From NCBI GenBank assembly GCA_902773035.1, contig CACYDB010000008.1, positions 1 through 36,417 on the forward strand: 36,417 bases of DNA, written 5' to 3'. The translations under genes were made by a program, and so were the position numbers. The notes below the pieces were generated by a model, which saw nothing but the letters and a program-made list of their open reading frames with translations, searched no databases and was not told where the DNA came from. The DNA is from an uncultured Ruminococcus sp. Its GTDB lineage: Bacteria > Bacillota > Clostridia > Oscillospirales > Acutalibacteraceae. Below are positions 26,814 to 35,635 of this stretch, piece after piece. Every line of letters begins with the position of its first letter. Position 1 is the first letter of the stretch.

Positions 26814-26886
26814 AATTCCGTATTCCGCATTCCGAATTCCGAATTCCGAATTATAATTACGCATTCCGCATTCCGAATTCCGAATT
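26814..26886. repeat. Heptamer tandem array (ATTCCGN) x ~10
   Basis: aATTCCGtATTCCGcATTCCGaATTCCGaATTCCGaATTATaATTACGcATTCCGcATTCCGaATTCCGaATT. Confidence 0.92.
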
Positions 26887-26891
26887 AAAAC

Positions 26892-27488
26892 TTACCCTCT
26901 GCCCATCATCTTCAAGGTCTCGCCGATAAGCTTCTCAACCGGCAGAGAAGAGTCAAGCGTCGTGATAAACGGCGATACATCCGCCGCGGAATATCCCAGA
27001 ACTCCCAGAGCCTCGATCGCCTTGGCGATATTGCCCGTGTCCACAGCCTGCGCCGCGCCCGAGCCCTGAGAAACGATCTCTCCGTCGCCGAGCTTAAACT
27101 TATCCTTAAGCTCCAGAATAATCCTCTGCGCGAGCTTTTTACCGACTCCCTGAGCGAGCGTGATCGTTTTCACATCCCCCGTCGCCACAGCCATCGAAAT
27201 CTGTTGAGGCGTAAGCGCCGAAAGAATCGCCAGAGCGACCTTAGGGCCAACTCCGCTGACTCCTATCAGAGTCTTGAACGTCGCAAGCTCCTCCTGAGTC
27301 GAGAACCCGAACAGCTCCATAGCGTCCTCGCGGACGTTGAGGTGCGTGAACAGCATAGCCTCGTCGCCTATTCTCAAATTCTTCTGTGTATTCATTGTGG
27401 TGAGGCACTTATATCCGACTCCGCCGCACTCAACTACGGCGACTCCCGCGGACAAATGAATCACCTCACCGCGCACACTGTAATACAT
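26892..27488 (-). CDS. ruvA: Holliday junction DNA-binding protein RuvA
   Basis: MYYSVRG, GGVGY, VREDAMELFGF, GVGPKVA and GVGKKLAQRIILELK. Start set at ATG 27488 after GGAAGG. Confidence 0.97.
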   Translation of the reverse strand: MYYSVRGEVIHLSAGVAVVECGGVGYKCLTTMNTQKNLRIGDEAMLFTHLNVREDAMELFGFSTQEELATFKTLIGVSGVGPKVALAILSALTPQQISMAVATGDVKTITLAQGVGKKLAQRIILELKDKFKLGDGEIVSQGSGAAQAVDTGNIAKAIEALGVLGYSAADVSPFITTLDSSLPVEKLIGETLKMMGRG

Positions 27489-27499
27489 ACAAACCTTCC

Positions 27500-28000
27500 T
27501 TACCTGTTTCCTAAACTCTGCCTGAGCGCCGTACCATTCGCCTGACAATGCGTAATCGCGATTGCCAGCGCGTCAGCGGTATCATCGGGCTTGGGAATCT
27601 CAGGCAGCTTGAGAAGCCTTCTCGTCATCTCCATAACCTGCGGCTTTTTAGCCTTGCCGTAGCCCGTAACAGCGGTCTTGACCTGGAGCGGAGTATACTC
27701 AAAAATCGGCAGCTCATTCTGCTTTGCCGCGAGCAAAATAACTCCCCTCGCCTCAGCGACCATGATCGCGGTTTTCTGATTGGTAGTAAAGTATAGCTTT
27801 TCGATCGCGACCGCGTCAGGCTTAAAGCGCTTTATGATCTCACTTATATCGTCGTAGATAATCCTGAGCCTGAGATTAAAGTCCGCATCAGCCTCAGTCG
27901 TAACCGCGCCGTAACGCAGCGGACGGAACGTGTTATTCCTGTATTCAACAAGCCCCCAGCCGACTATCGCGTAGCCAGGGTCGATACCGAGAATAACCAT
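27500..28000 (-). CDS. ruvC: Crossover junction endodeoxyribonuclease RuvC
   Basis: MVILGIDPG, EYTPLQVK and DDTADALA; GGAGG RBS before ATG at 28000. Confidence 0.97.
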   Translation of the reverse strand: MVILGIDPGYAIVGWGLVEYRNNTFRPLRYGAVTTEADADFNLRLRIIYDDISEIIKRFKPDAVAIEKLYFTTNQKTAIMVAEARGVILLAAKQNELPIFEYTPLQVKTAVTGYGKAKKPQVMEMTRRLLKLPEIPKPDDTADALAIAITHCQANGTALRQSLGNR

Positions 28001-28039
28001 ACGAACCTCCAATTTCCCCATTTTACAATATTACAAGAT

Positions 28040-28068
28040 ATTATACCACAAACGCCGTGAGATAGCAA
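28040..28068 (-). promoter_or_regulatory. SigA promoter of the ruvCAB operon
   Basis: TTGCTA-17-TATAAT with TG extension on the minus strand. Confidence 0.65.
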
Positions 28069-28120
28069 TATTATTTGTATATACTTTTTCCGTGAATTGT
28101 AAATTGCGCGGCAACAAAAA

Positions 28121-28144
28121 TCAGGCAGAAAAAACTCTGCCTGA
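28121..28144 (-). terminator. Intrinsic terminator
   Basis: TCAGGCAGA / TCTGCCTGA stem flanked by A tracts. Confidence 0.75.
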
Positions 28145-28156
28145 AAAACTATATTT

Positions 28157-29737
28157 TTATTCGTCAGCTTCCTTACTCCTGCACACGCTCTCCGCGAGTC
28201 CCATAAAAATAAACAAAAACGGAGTTACGATCGGAGTCGCGATATTAACAACGCTCTGAAGCAAGTAGCACACAACAGGCGCGATAAACGCGAGCGCGAG
28301 GTAATTTTCCTTAGCCTTTTTAAACGCTCTCGTAATTGCGGAAGCGAACGTCGCTATATACGCCGTAAGGAACAGCGCGCCGCCTGTAACAAGGTAGTTG
28401 AGGAACTCGTTATGAGCGCAGTTTGTGGAGGAGTTGTTAAACTTCTCGTTAAGCTCCGCGAAGTACGGCTCAAACGCGTAGTAGAAGGTGTCGGGACCCC
28501 ATCCGATTATGGCGTTCTTAACGCCCGAGCTCTTGAAGATTTCCCACGCCTTGATCCACATATAGCCGCGGTGAGTGCCCCACTTCTCGTCAAAGCGGAA
28601 GAACTTCATAACCGAGCCGAGCTTCGAGGTCGTGTCCACAAAGGTATAATGGACAAAAAGCGTAATGAAAACCGCGATTCCTACGCAGTAAACCGAGCCG
28701 ATCACAATCGGCACAGCCTTCGGCAGCAAAGCCTCGCGCTTCCTTGACAAAAGCAGAAATACGGCGGCTAAAACAGCGCAAGCTCCGAGAATGATATACG
28801 ACTTTGAGCTGTAGATAAACAGGTTTTGCATAGCTCCGAAGCCCTTCTGCTTATCGCCCATAATAAGCGAGAACAGTCTGACGAGCTTGCCGAAAGCAAG
28901 CATAACCGAAACAGACACAAAGAACATTCCGAGCTTTTTGAGATTTCTCGAATAGTAGAGAAGAATGATCGCCAGAAGCGGAATAAATCCGAGGAAACCG
29001 CTCTCACTGTCAGCGCAAAGCATAGCCGCAAAGCCGAGTCCGGTCATTCCGAGGTAGATATATCGGAAAACGGGCTTTTCGTGGTTTATGAAGAAAATCA
29101 TAAACAGCGGAACCATAAGGCAGCAGAACGCGGACATAATATTCTTGTTGCCGATAGTAGAGGTGAAGTCCTCCGCAGTTTTAGCGCTGTAGCCTACAAG
29201 CATACCGAGCGGATCGACGTAGAAATAGTTGAGGATACAAAGCCCGAACACTATCGCGCAGGCGGCGGCGAGCACGAGGAAAACATATTCCTTGTACGCG
29301 AAACAGCGCGAGGCGATAATATAAACAAAAAAGTACAGAATAAAGATAAACAGACCGTTATTTCTTCCGCTGTTACCGGTAAACGATTCCACAGGAAAGG
29401 CAGAAAACAGCGTCGAGATTATGTACAGAAGAATCATCGCCGTAAAAGCGCAGTCGGTAAAGCTGAGCTTCCGATACCACTTTTTATCGGGTAATTCGCC
29501 AATCCTCCGTCTCTCGTTAACGGCGATAAGCGCGATTATTACCTCCGCGATCGAAACCACGCACGAGAAGAACAAAAATACGTTGAGCTTATCGTGGCGT
29601 ATATGCGAGTATTTGTTTGAAAAATATAGCGGAAAAACCGAGAACATCAGCACCAGATAATAGTTAAAAAAGGCGCTCGCCGAGTTATAGGCGGGTTTTA
29701 CGGTTTTTTCGGGTACGTTATTCTTTTTCTTTGCCAT
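28157..29737 (-). CDS. O-antigen ligase (Wzy_C)-like polytopic membrane protein
   Basis: About 12 TM segments; STIGNKN, R..MW...IIGWGPDTF and AHNEFLNYL motifs. Confidence 0.85.
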   Translation of the reverse strand: MAKKKNNVPEKTVKPAYNSASAFFNYYLVLMFSVFPLYFSNKYSHIRHDKLNVFLFFSCVVSIAEVIIALIAVNERRRIGELPDKKWYRKLSFTDCAFTAMILLYIISTLFSAFPVESFTGNSGRNNGLFIFILYFFVYIIASRCFAYKEYVFLVLAAACAIVFGLCILNYFYVDPLGMLVGYSAKTAEDFTSTIGNKNIMSAFCCLMVPLFMIFFINHEKPVFRYIYLGMTGLGFAAMLCADSESGFLGFIPLLAIILLYYSRNLKKLGMFFVSVSVMLAFGKLVRLFSLIMGDKQKGFGAMQNLFIYSSKSYIILGACAVLAAVFLLLSRKREALLPKAVPIVIGSVYCVGIAVFITLFVHYTFVDTTSKLGSVMKFFRFDEKWGTHRGYMWIKAWEIFKSSGVKNAIIGWGPDTFYYAFEPYFAELNEKFNNSSTNCAHNEFLNYLVTGGALFLTAYIATFASAITRAFKKAKENYLALAFIAPVVCYLLQSVVNIATPIVTPFLFIFMGLAESVCRSKEADE

Positions 29738-29767
29738 TGTATCACCATAGTTTAATAATCTGCTTAG

Positions 29768-29796
29768 ATTATATTACAACGGCGTGTTATTGTCAA
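29768..29796 (-). promoter_or_regulatory. SigA promoter of the O-antigen-ligase-like gene
   Basis: Perfect TTGACA-17-TATAAT on the minus strand. Confidence 0.75.
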
Positions 29797-30143
29797 TTTC
29801 TTTTGAGAGTCAGAGCTCCGTAATCACAGGACAATTTCAGCTTATTTTCTTTCAAAGAATAATTAAAACGGTAGGTCATCTTATCCTCCCTGTCAAACAA
29901 AGCGAAGCTGTTTTTGTCAAAAAGCGTGAGTCCTTTAAGGGTTACGCTGTCACTTTTTTCTTTTGAAGAAATTTGAAAACAGCCTGTGTCGCCCTCAAAG
30001 CTCAGGCTGACGCTCCTGTTTCCCGCGAGCGACGCCCTCCAGCTGTTAAGGCGAATTTCATCCGCTTCATTTTTCACCGTTTCCGAGCAGGAGCAGAGCG
30101 TCATAACGGCGGCAAATGCCAGTAAAATTAAGAGTTTTTTCAT
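29793..30143 (-). CDS. Small lipoprotein (116 aa), possibly leaderless and SigE-dependent
   Basis: MKKLLILLAFAAVMTLCSC lipoprotein signal; no SD sequence upstream. Confidence 0.75.
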   Translation of the reverse strand: MKKLLILLAFAAVMTLCSCSETVKNEADEIRLNSWRASLAGNRSVSLSFEGDTGCFQISSKEKSDSVTLKGLTLFDKNSFALFDREDKMTYRFNYSLKENKLKLSCDYGALTLKRN

Positions 30144-30283
30144 ACCAAACAATATGAAAATCTAACAGCTTTTATAACTGAATTACATTTTTGTTATAAT
30201 TCTTGATAAGCATTAAAGCATTAAGTATAATATATTTACAGACACCTATAAAATCCCGGTTATATAATTAAAGGACGGCAAAA

Positions 30284-31282
30284 ATGCAGCACAAAGTAGA
30301 TAATGTCAATTTATTCGAGGACAACGGCGACGTTATCGTCGGAGGATGGTCGCGCGAGCGCATCTTTGAATACAACAAAAAGGATTACCCCGCTCCCAAT
30401 AAGCTCACCGAAAAGGATTCCTACTTCCTCTCAAACGGCGATATGGGCTTTTATCTCGGGGTTGAAACGCTCGGCTCGGAGCTTGCTGTCAGGATAGTTT
30501 TGATCGACTACAAGTCGGGAGAGATCGTTCGCGACAGCGTCTCGAAAAAGCTCGTCCTCGACCTCACTCCCCTGCCTCAGTACGAGGGCATGGGCGAGTT
30601 CTCCTACACAGATAAAAAAATCGCCCTCACGCTCACGAACACCGTGGACGGAAGGTACATCAAGTGCGATTTTATCGACTTCAATAATTACAAAAACCTG
30701 TTCGTAAAGGTATTTGTCAAGAACGGCGAGGGCAACAGTATGAATATGCTCGCTCCCTTTGACGAAAACCACAAATGCTTCTACTTCAAGCGCTTTGTGC
30801 CGACCTTCACCGCGAACGGAGTCGTGAGATTCGGCGGCACCGACTACAACCTCACCGACGAAAACAGCTTCGTCTACCTCAGTCTGAGCCGTTACGCGCT
30901 GTTCAAGCATCAGGGCTACCAGTCGCTCAACGCGGTATTTCCTCTCGGAAGCCACAGATTCGCGATCAATCTTGCCGCAAAGGTCGGCAATAATAAAAAA
31001 GGCAGCGAGAACTGCTATTTCCTCGACGGAAAGCTTTACAAGGTCGGCAGACTAAAGGTATCGGGCGACGAGCGTAAGCCGGGGGAGGAATGGAAATTCG
31101 AGACTCTTGACGAAAGAATAAGTCTCACCTTCTCACCCGACAGCGACGATCACGGACTCCAGACCTGCAAATGCGACAGGCTGACGTTCATCTTCGGAAC
31201 CCTGAACGGAACTCTTGAAAATGACGAGGTCAGGCTGAGGGTTCGCGACAAAAAGGCTCATATGGTTTTTGTTAACATCTGA
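30284..31282 (+). CDS. DUF2804-like protein
   Basis: GWSR N-terminal motif and SENCYFLDGKLYK...WKF...LTFSP C-terminal pattern; AAAGGA RBS. Confidence 0.7.
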   Translation: MQHKVDNVNLFEDNGDVIVGGWSRERIFEYNKKDYPAPNKLTEKDSYFLSNGDMGFYLGVETLGSELAVRIVLIDYKSGEIVRDSVSKKLVLDLTPLPQYEGMGEFSYTDKKIALTLTNTVDGRYIKCDFIDFNNYKNLFVKVFVKNGEGNSMNMLAPFDENHKCFYFKRFVPTFTANGVVRFGGTDYNLTDENSFVYLSLSRYALFKHQGYQSLNAVFPLGSHRFAINLAAKVGNNKKGSENCYFLDGKLYKVGRLKVSGDERKPGEEWKFETLDERISLTFSPDSDDHGLQTCKCDRLTFIFGTLNGTLENDEVRLRVRDKKAHMVFVNI

Positions 31283-31297
31283 ATAAATAAAAAATAC

Positions 31298-31322
31298 GGG
31301 CGGAGAGTTGAACTCTCCGCCC
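31298..31322. terminator. Terminator hairpin between convergent genes
   Basis: GGGCGGAGAGT / ACTCTCCGCCC stem. Confidence 0.8.
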
Positions 31323-31337
31323 AAAACCATTTTCAGA

Positions 31338-31793
31338 TCAACTTTTAAGGTATCTCGCGAAGATGCCCATTACGGATAAAAACGCCGATACAAGATAAAG
31401 AATCATCGCGCACATTGAGCCGAAGCACAAAAACCTCGCGCCTACAAAAAGAATTAGACAGATTATTCCCGCCGTGCAGCAAATAAGCGTAACAACGTTT
31501 TTGAGATTATAATATCTGTCGAAAATCTGAAAGCCCAGCGCGACAAGCGGAATCACGAGGAAAGAGATAAAGCAAAGTCCCATAACCGTGAGAGCCTGCT
31601 CAGTCTGCGCGTTGCCCGTCGAGGCTCCGATATTTGAAATCATATCAAGCACCGTAAACGTGCTCTGCTTATACTGCGGAAGAATAACTCCGCCCCAGAC
31701 GTACGGCCATGTTGTCAAGAAAAGCTGAAGCATAAACAGGATAATCTGTATCACCCTGATCGCCTTTGTTGTTTTATTCTCTACCTTTAGCAT
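31338..31793 (-). CDS. Hypothetical 4-TM membrane protein
   Basis: AGGAG RBS; four hydrophobic segments. Confidence 0.75.
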   Translation of the reverse strand: MLKVENKTTKAIRVIQIILFMLQLFLTTWPYVWGGVILPQYKQSTFTVLDMISNIGASTGNAQTEQALTVMGLCFISFLVIPLVALGFQIFDRYYNLKNVVTLICCTAGIICLILFVGARFLCFGSMCAMILYLVSAFLSVMGIFARYLKS

Positions 31794-31927
31794 TTTAGTT
31801 CTCCTAAAGAAAAATATTTGGTTGTTTTACACAACGATATGTATTATATCATAAAAATCCGTCTTGCACAATAGTCAAATTTATGATAATATATTTTTGT
31901 AATTTTTGTTATTATGAAGGTGATATG

Positions 31928-33547
31928 ATGAACTGGACTAAAGAAGCTGTAATGTACAACATTTATCCGCTCGGGTTCTGCGGAGCTCCGCGCGAGAATG
32001 ACTTCAACCTCAATTACAGACTCGATAAAATATACGACTGGATTGACAATTTCCGCAAGCTCGGCATCAACACGATTGTCTTCAATCCCGTTTTTGAGAG
32101 CACGCGCCACGGCTATGACACTATCGACTACTACAAAATCGACAGCCGTCTCGGCGACAACGCTTCATTCAAGAAAATCTGCGATACCCTCCACAAGAAC
32201 GGTATCCGCGTAATTCTCGACGGCGTTTTCAACCACGTCGGACGTGATTTCTTCGCCTTTAAGGACGTTCAGAAAAACCGCGAGAGCTCACCCTACTGCT
32301 CATGGTTTATGAACCTCAACTTCGGCGGCAACAACCACTATAACGACGGCTTTTGCTATGAGGGCTGGGCGGGTCACATCGACCTCGTAAAGCTCAACCT
32401 TGACAACAAGCAGGTCACAGACCACCTTATCGGAGCCGTTAAATTCTGGATCGACGAGTTCAAAATCGACGGTCTGCGTCTTGACGCCGCGGACGTTATT
32501 AATCTTGATTTCTTCAAGCAGCTTCGCAACACATGTATCAGCGTAAAGCCTGATTTCTGGCTCTACGGCGAGGTTGTCGGAGGCGACTACAACCGCTGGG
32601 CTAACGAGACCACCCTCCACTCAGTCACAAACTACGAGTGCTACAAGGGCATCTACTCCAGCCACAACGACCACAACTACTTTGAAATCGCTCATTCCCT
32701 CAACCGCCAGTTCGGCAACGGAGGAATTTACCGCAACATCTACACCTTCAACTTCGCGGATAACCACGACGTAAACCGCGTCGCGAGTATGCTCAAGGAG
32801 CAGGAACACCTCCTGAACGTCTACACTATCCTCTACACAATGCCGGGCGTGCCGTGCATTTACTACGGCAGCGAATGGGGCATCAAGGGCACCCGCACGC
32901 GCACAAGCGACTACGAGCTGCGCCCCTGCCTCGATATAGACAACATTCCCGATCCTAACTACAAGCTTTACAACCACCTGTGCAAGCTCGGCAGAATCAG
33001 AAAGGCTCTGCCCGCCCTGCAAATAGGCGATTTTGAGAATGTTAACATCCGCAACGAACAGCTTGTATACAAGCGCAAATGCGGCAATCAGTGCGTATAC
33101 GTCGCGCTCAACCTCAGTCAGAACCCGTATGAGATCGACTTCAACACCGACGGCGGCGGATTCCTCACCGACGTGCTCACGGGCGATAATTTCAGAACCG
33201 AGGGCTACGCCAGGATCCCGCTGGAGCCGTTCTCGTCGAGAATACTTCTCCTCGGCGACGGAAACGTTGAGATAACCGCCGACGACGGCGACGAGCTTGT
33301 CGAGCCGATCAAAGAAACAAAGCAGATCCTCAAGCCCGAGCCCGTTCAAATCGCGAAATACCGTCATTACAAGGGCGGCGAGTACGAGGTGATCGGAATC
33401 GCCAAGGACTGCGACACCGAAAAAGAGGTCGTAGTATACAGAGCGCTCTACGGCGACAAGGTTATGTGGGTACGCGACAAAGAGGAATTTGAGGAAATAA
33501 TCGAGAGAGACGGCGTAAAGCTGAGAAGATTCACGCGTATAGACTAA
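31928..33547 (+). CDS. Intracellular GH13 alpha-amylase/cyclomaltodextrinase-like enzyme with C-terminal DUF1653 domain
   Basis: HGYD, DGVFNH, DGLRLDAA, GEV and DNHD catalytic regions are intact. C-terminal YRHYKG..Y.V...VVYRALYG..MWVR. Start at ATG 31925 or 31928 after GAAGGTGA. Confidence 0.92.
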   Translation: MNWTKEAVMYNIYPLGFCGAPRENDFNLNYRLDKIYDWIDNFRKLGINTIVFNPVFESTRHGYDTIDYYKIDSRLGDNASFKKICDTLHKNGIRVILDGVFNHVGRDFFAFKDVQKNRESSPYCSWFMNLNFGGNNHYNDGFCYEGWAGHIDLVKLNLDNKQVTDHLIGAVKFWIDEFKIDGLRLDAADVINLDFFKQLRNTCISVKPDFWLYGEVVGGDYNRWANETTLHSVTNYECYKGIYSSHNDHNYFEIAHSLNRQFGNGGIYRNIYTFNFADNHDVNRVASMLKEQEHLLNVYTILYTMPGVPCIYYGSEWGIKGTRTRTSDYELRPCLDIDNIPDPNYKLYNHLCKLGRIRKALPALQIGDFENVNIRNEQLVYKRKCGNQCVYVALNLSQNPYEIDFNTDGGGFLTDVLTGDNFRTEGYARIPLEPFSSRILLLGDGNVEITADDGDELVEPIKETKQILKPEPVQIAKYRHYKGGEYEVIGIAKDCDTEKEVVVYRALYGDKVMWVRDKEEFEEIIERDGVKLRRFTRID

Positions 33548-33554
33548 AAAATCA

Positions 33555-33581
33555 GCCCCTTGGAACTCCAAGGGGCGTTTT
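33555..33581 (+). terminator. Intrinsic terminator
   Basis: GCCCCTTGGA / TCCAAGGGGC followed by GTTTT. Confidence 0.8.
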
Positions 33582-33606
33582 CATATCCGATTATCGGCAA
33601 GATATA

Positions 33607-33885
33607 TCAGTCTTTTTTATTTCCGACCGAATACGGATTCTTGTTTTCCTTAACGATGTCAGCCTCAGCCGTATCAGCTCCCCAGCGCGCGAAAACTATC
33701 ACAAGATACCACAGCAATCCGCCGAGAAGCCACGCCGCGAGCGTAAGCCAGAACCAGAATATCGGCAGTCCGAACACAAAGTGACAGATAAGCGTCGCCC
33801 ACATCGGCACCGAGCATACCCACGAGCTGACCCTCAAAAACAGAAAGAATAAAAGTCCCGAAACAAAGCCTACGAATCTACTCAT
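33607..33885 (-). CDS. Hypothetical small membrane protein
   Basis: GGAG RBS; hydrophobic Trp-rich helices and a KENKNPYS tail. Confidence 0.7.
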   Translation of the reverse strand: MSRFVGFVSGLLFFLFLRVSSWVCSVPMWATLICHFVFGLPIFWFWLTLAAWLLGGLLWYLVIVFARWGADTAEADIVKENKNPYSVGNKKD

Positions 33886-33919
33886 ATCTTTTCCTCCGAA
33901 TTATATTAAACAGAATAAA

Positions 33920-33945
33920 TGCGGACAAGCAAAGACTTGTCCGCA
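33920..33945 (-). terminator. Terminator after the LCP gene
   Basis: TGCGGACAAG / CTTGTCCGCA followed by TTTATT on the minus strand. Confidence 0.7.
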
Positions 33946-33954
33946 ATTTCATTA

Positions 33955-35070
33955 TCAGGTTGTTTCAAGCAGCTTGCCGAAGATAAACTTGGCGAACTTC
34001 TTGCGGCAGAGATCCATATCGTTGATCTGGATACAGGAGCCTGCCACGGGGTCGGTGTAGTATGACCACAAGCCATCCTGCGGGATCGTGTACTGCTTAA
34101 CCTTGTACTTCATATAAGACATAGCGTGAGTAACAAGTCCCGTGATCTCATCCTTCTTGAGATTTGTTGTTACCAGAGGACCTACGTCGGATACCATCTG
34201 GATAATCTGCGGAAGAGAAGCGTTCCTTACGCTGTCAAATACAGTCTCGAGAAGCTTTCTCTGACGTGAGGTACGATCCCAGTCGTCGCCGCCCTGAACA
34301 CCCTCGTAGCCTCGGTCACGCGCGTACCAGAGAGCCTGCTGACCTGTAAGAGTGATCTTTCCGGCTTTCTCTTCAAGGAGGTGAGCCTTGTTTGTCTGAT
34401 GGTTGATGTACATCTGATAGTTGATGTACGCGACCTCGTCGGCGTCGAGCTCTATTTCAAGACCGCCGAGAACGTCGATGATCTTCTTAAAGCTTGTGAA
34501 GTCAACAACTGCGTAGCGGTCAACCTTAACGCCGAAGTTAGCTTCGATCGTGCGTATTGAGAGCGACGCGCCGCCCAGCGAGTAAGAAGCGTTCATCTTG
34601 TTGTAGCCGTAGCCGGGAATATAAACGTAGGTATCACGCTGGAAGGATGTGAGCTTGATGCTCTTTGAGTAGTTGTCGATGGACGCCATAATCATTGAGT
34701 CGGAGCGTCCCGTTGAGCCCTTGGAGTGATTATCCTCACCGAAGAGCATAACGTTGAGTATTTTTGAGTCGGAGAGCAGGTCGGTATCCGTAACCGCCGT
34801 GTTAAAGTCTCCGGGCTCCTCACTGCCCTCAGCCTTAGTGGCGGCAGTTGCTTTTGTAGCCTTTGTTTCGTCGCCTGCGAACTGAAGTGAATCAAGCGCG
34901 TTGTAGTAGTAAATCATTCCCGCGCCGGAAACCATACAGAGTACAGCCAGAACTATCGCGATAGCGCGGCGGACTCTGCCCTTTTTCTTGTACAGCTTAA
35001 CAACCTGTGTGCCTGAGTTGATGTCAACAAAGTCGGAATGGTTGTCAGCGGTGTTTCTTGTGCGTGCCAT
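33955..35070 (-). CDS. LCP (LytR-CpsA-Psr) family cell-wall glycopolymer transferase
   Basis: One TM helix, NVMLFGED, GRSDSM, SFQRDTYV, ALWYARDR and DWDRTSRQR. Confidence 0.94.
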   Translation of the reverse strand: MARTRNTADNHSDFVDINSGTQVVKLYKKKGRVRRAIAIVLAVLCMVSGAGMIYYYNALDSLQFAGDETKATKATAATKAEGSEEPGDFNTAVTDTDLLSDSKILNVMLFGEDNHSKGSTGRSDSMIMASIDNYSKSIKLTSFQRDTYVYIPGYGYNKMNASYSLGGASLSIRTIEANFGVKVDRYAVVDFTSFKKIIDVLGGLEIELDADEVAYINYQMYINHQTNKAHLLEEKAGKITLTGQQALWYARDRGYEGVQGGDDWDRTSRQRKLLETVFDSVRNASLPQIIQMVSDVGPLVTTNLKKDEITGLVTHAMSYMKYKVKQYTIPQDGLWSYYTDPVAGSCIQINDMDLCRKKFAKFIFGKLLETT

Positions 35071-35291
35071 TATAGCATCCCCTTATTATCTGAAATTTCC
35101 TATAATTCGACATTATAATATAGGATAGTATAACATAGTACAATACGTGTTATTATTCCATAAAAGAATATAACTCTATTGTCATATTTTCTATACAATA
35201 AAGTAGTGTCGAAAAACGGGGAAAAAGTTTCAGATTTTTTTATTTTTTTCTCTCGAGCAGATAGGTTTTATTTGAAAATAACCGTCTCTTG

Positions 35292-35418
35292 TCCCGACAG
35301 AAAAGGCTCTGCTATAGATTACCTTGGCTATTCTCTAATTTAACTTCTGCTTGAATATCCCGACAGAATCGCTCTGCTTTGGGTTACTTCGGCTGTTCTT
35401 TAATAAGGTTCCTGCTTT
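35292..35418. repeat. Degenerate 66-bp tandem repeat (2 copies)
   Basis: TCCCGACAGAA..GCTCTGCT..TTAC..GGCT.TTCT.TAAT..CTGCTT begins at both 35292 and 35358. Confidence 0.8.
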
Positions 35419-35526
35419 GCATAACAAAAACAGATACTTGCAGTGATAAATTATGTTCACAGAAAAGTGTTAATTATTTTGTGATTATTCTATAAAAATA
35501 TGTCAAGTTTTTTACACATCGAGATA

Positions 35527-35555
35527 TTGAATACTTTTAGAAAATATAGTATAAT
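35527..35555 (+). promoter_or_regulatory. SigA promoter
   Basis: TTGAAT-17-TATAAT. Confidence 0.6.
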
Positions 35556-35635
35556 ATAAATTATTTAAGAAAGGTTTTCATAAATGTTTCCAGTTGCAAT
35601 ATTGTAATATATAACCATATAAAAGGAGCATCACA

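Noticed and set aside
26578-26886. CRISPR array (also considered for the 66-bp pair at 35292)
   Set aside because: Similarity runs through the whole unit with no unique spacers, there are only two tandem units, and no cas genes are in the window.
28023-28036. Shared TTACAATATTRCAA-like motif here and at ~35594-35607 (reverse strand)
   Set aside because: Short AT-rich match in AT-rich spacers before unrelated genes; compatible with chance.
28001-28120. LexA/SOS box upstream of ruvCAB
   Set aside because: No GAAC-N4-GTTC match found.
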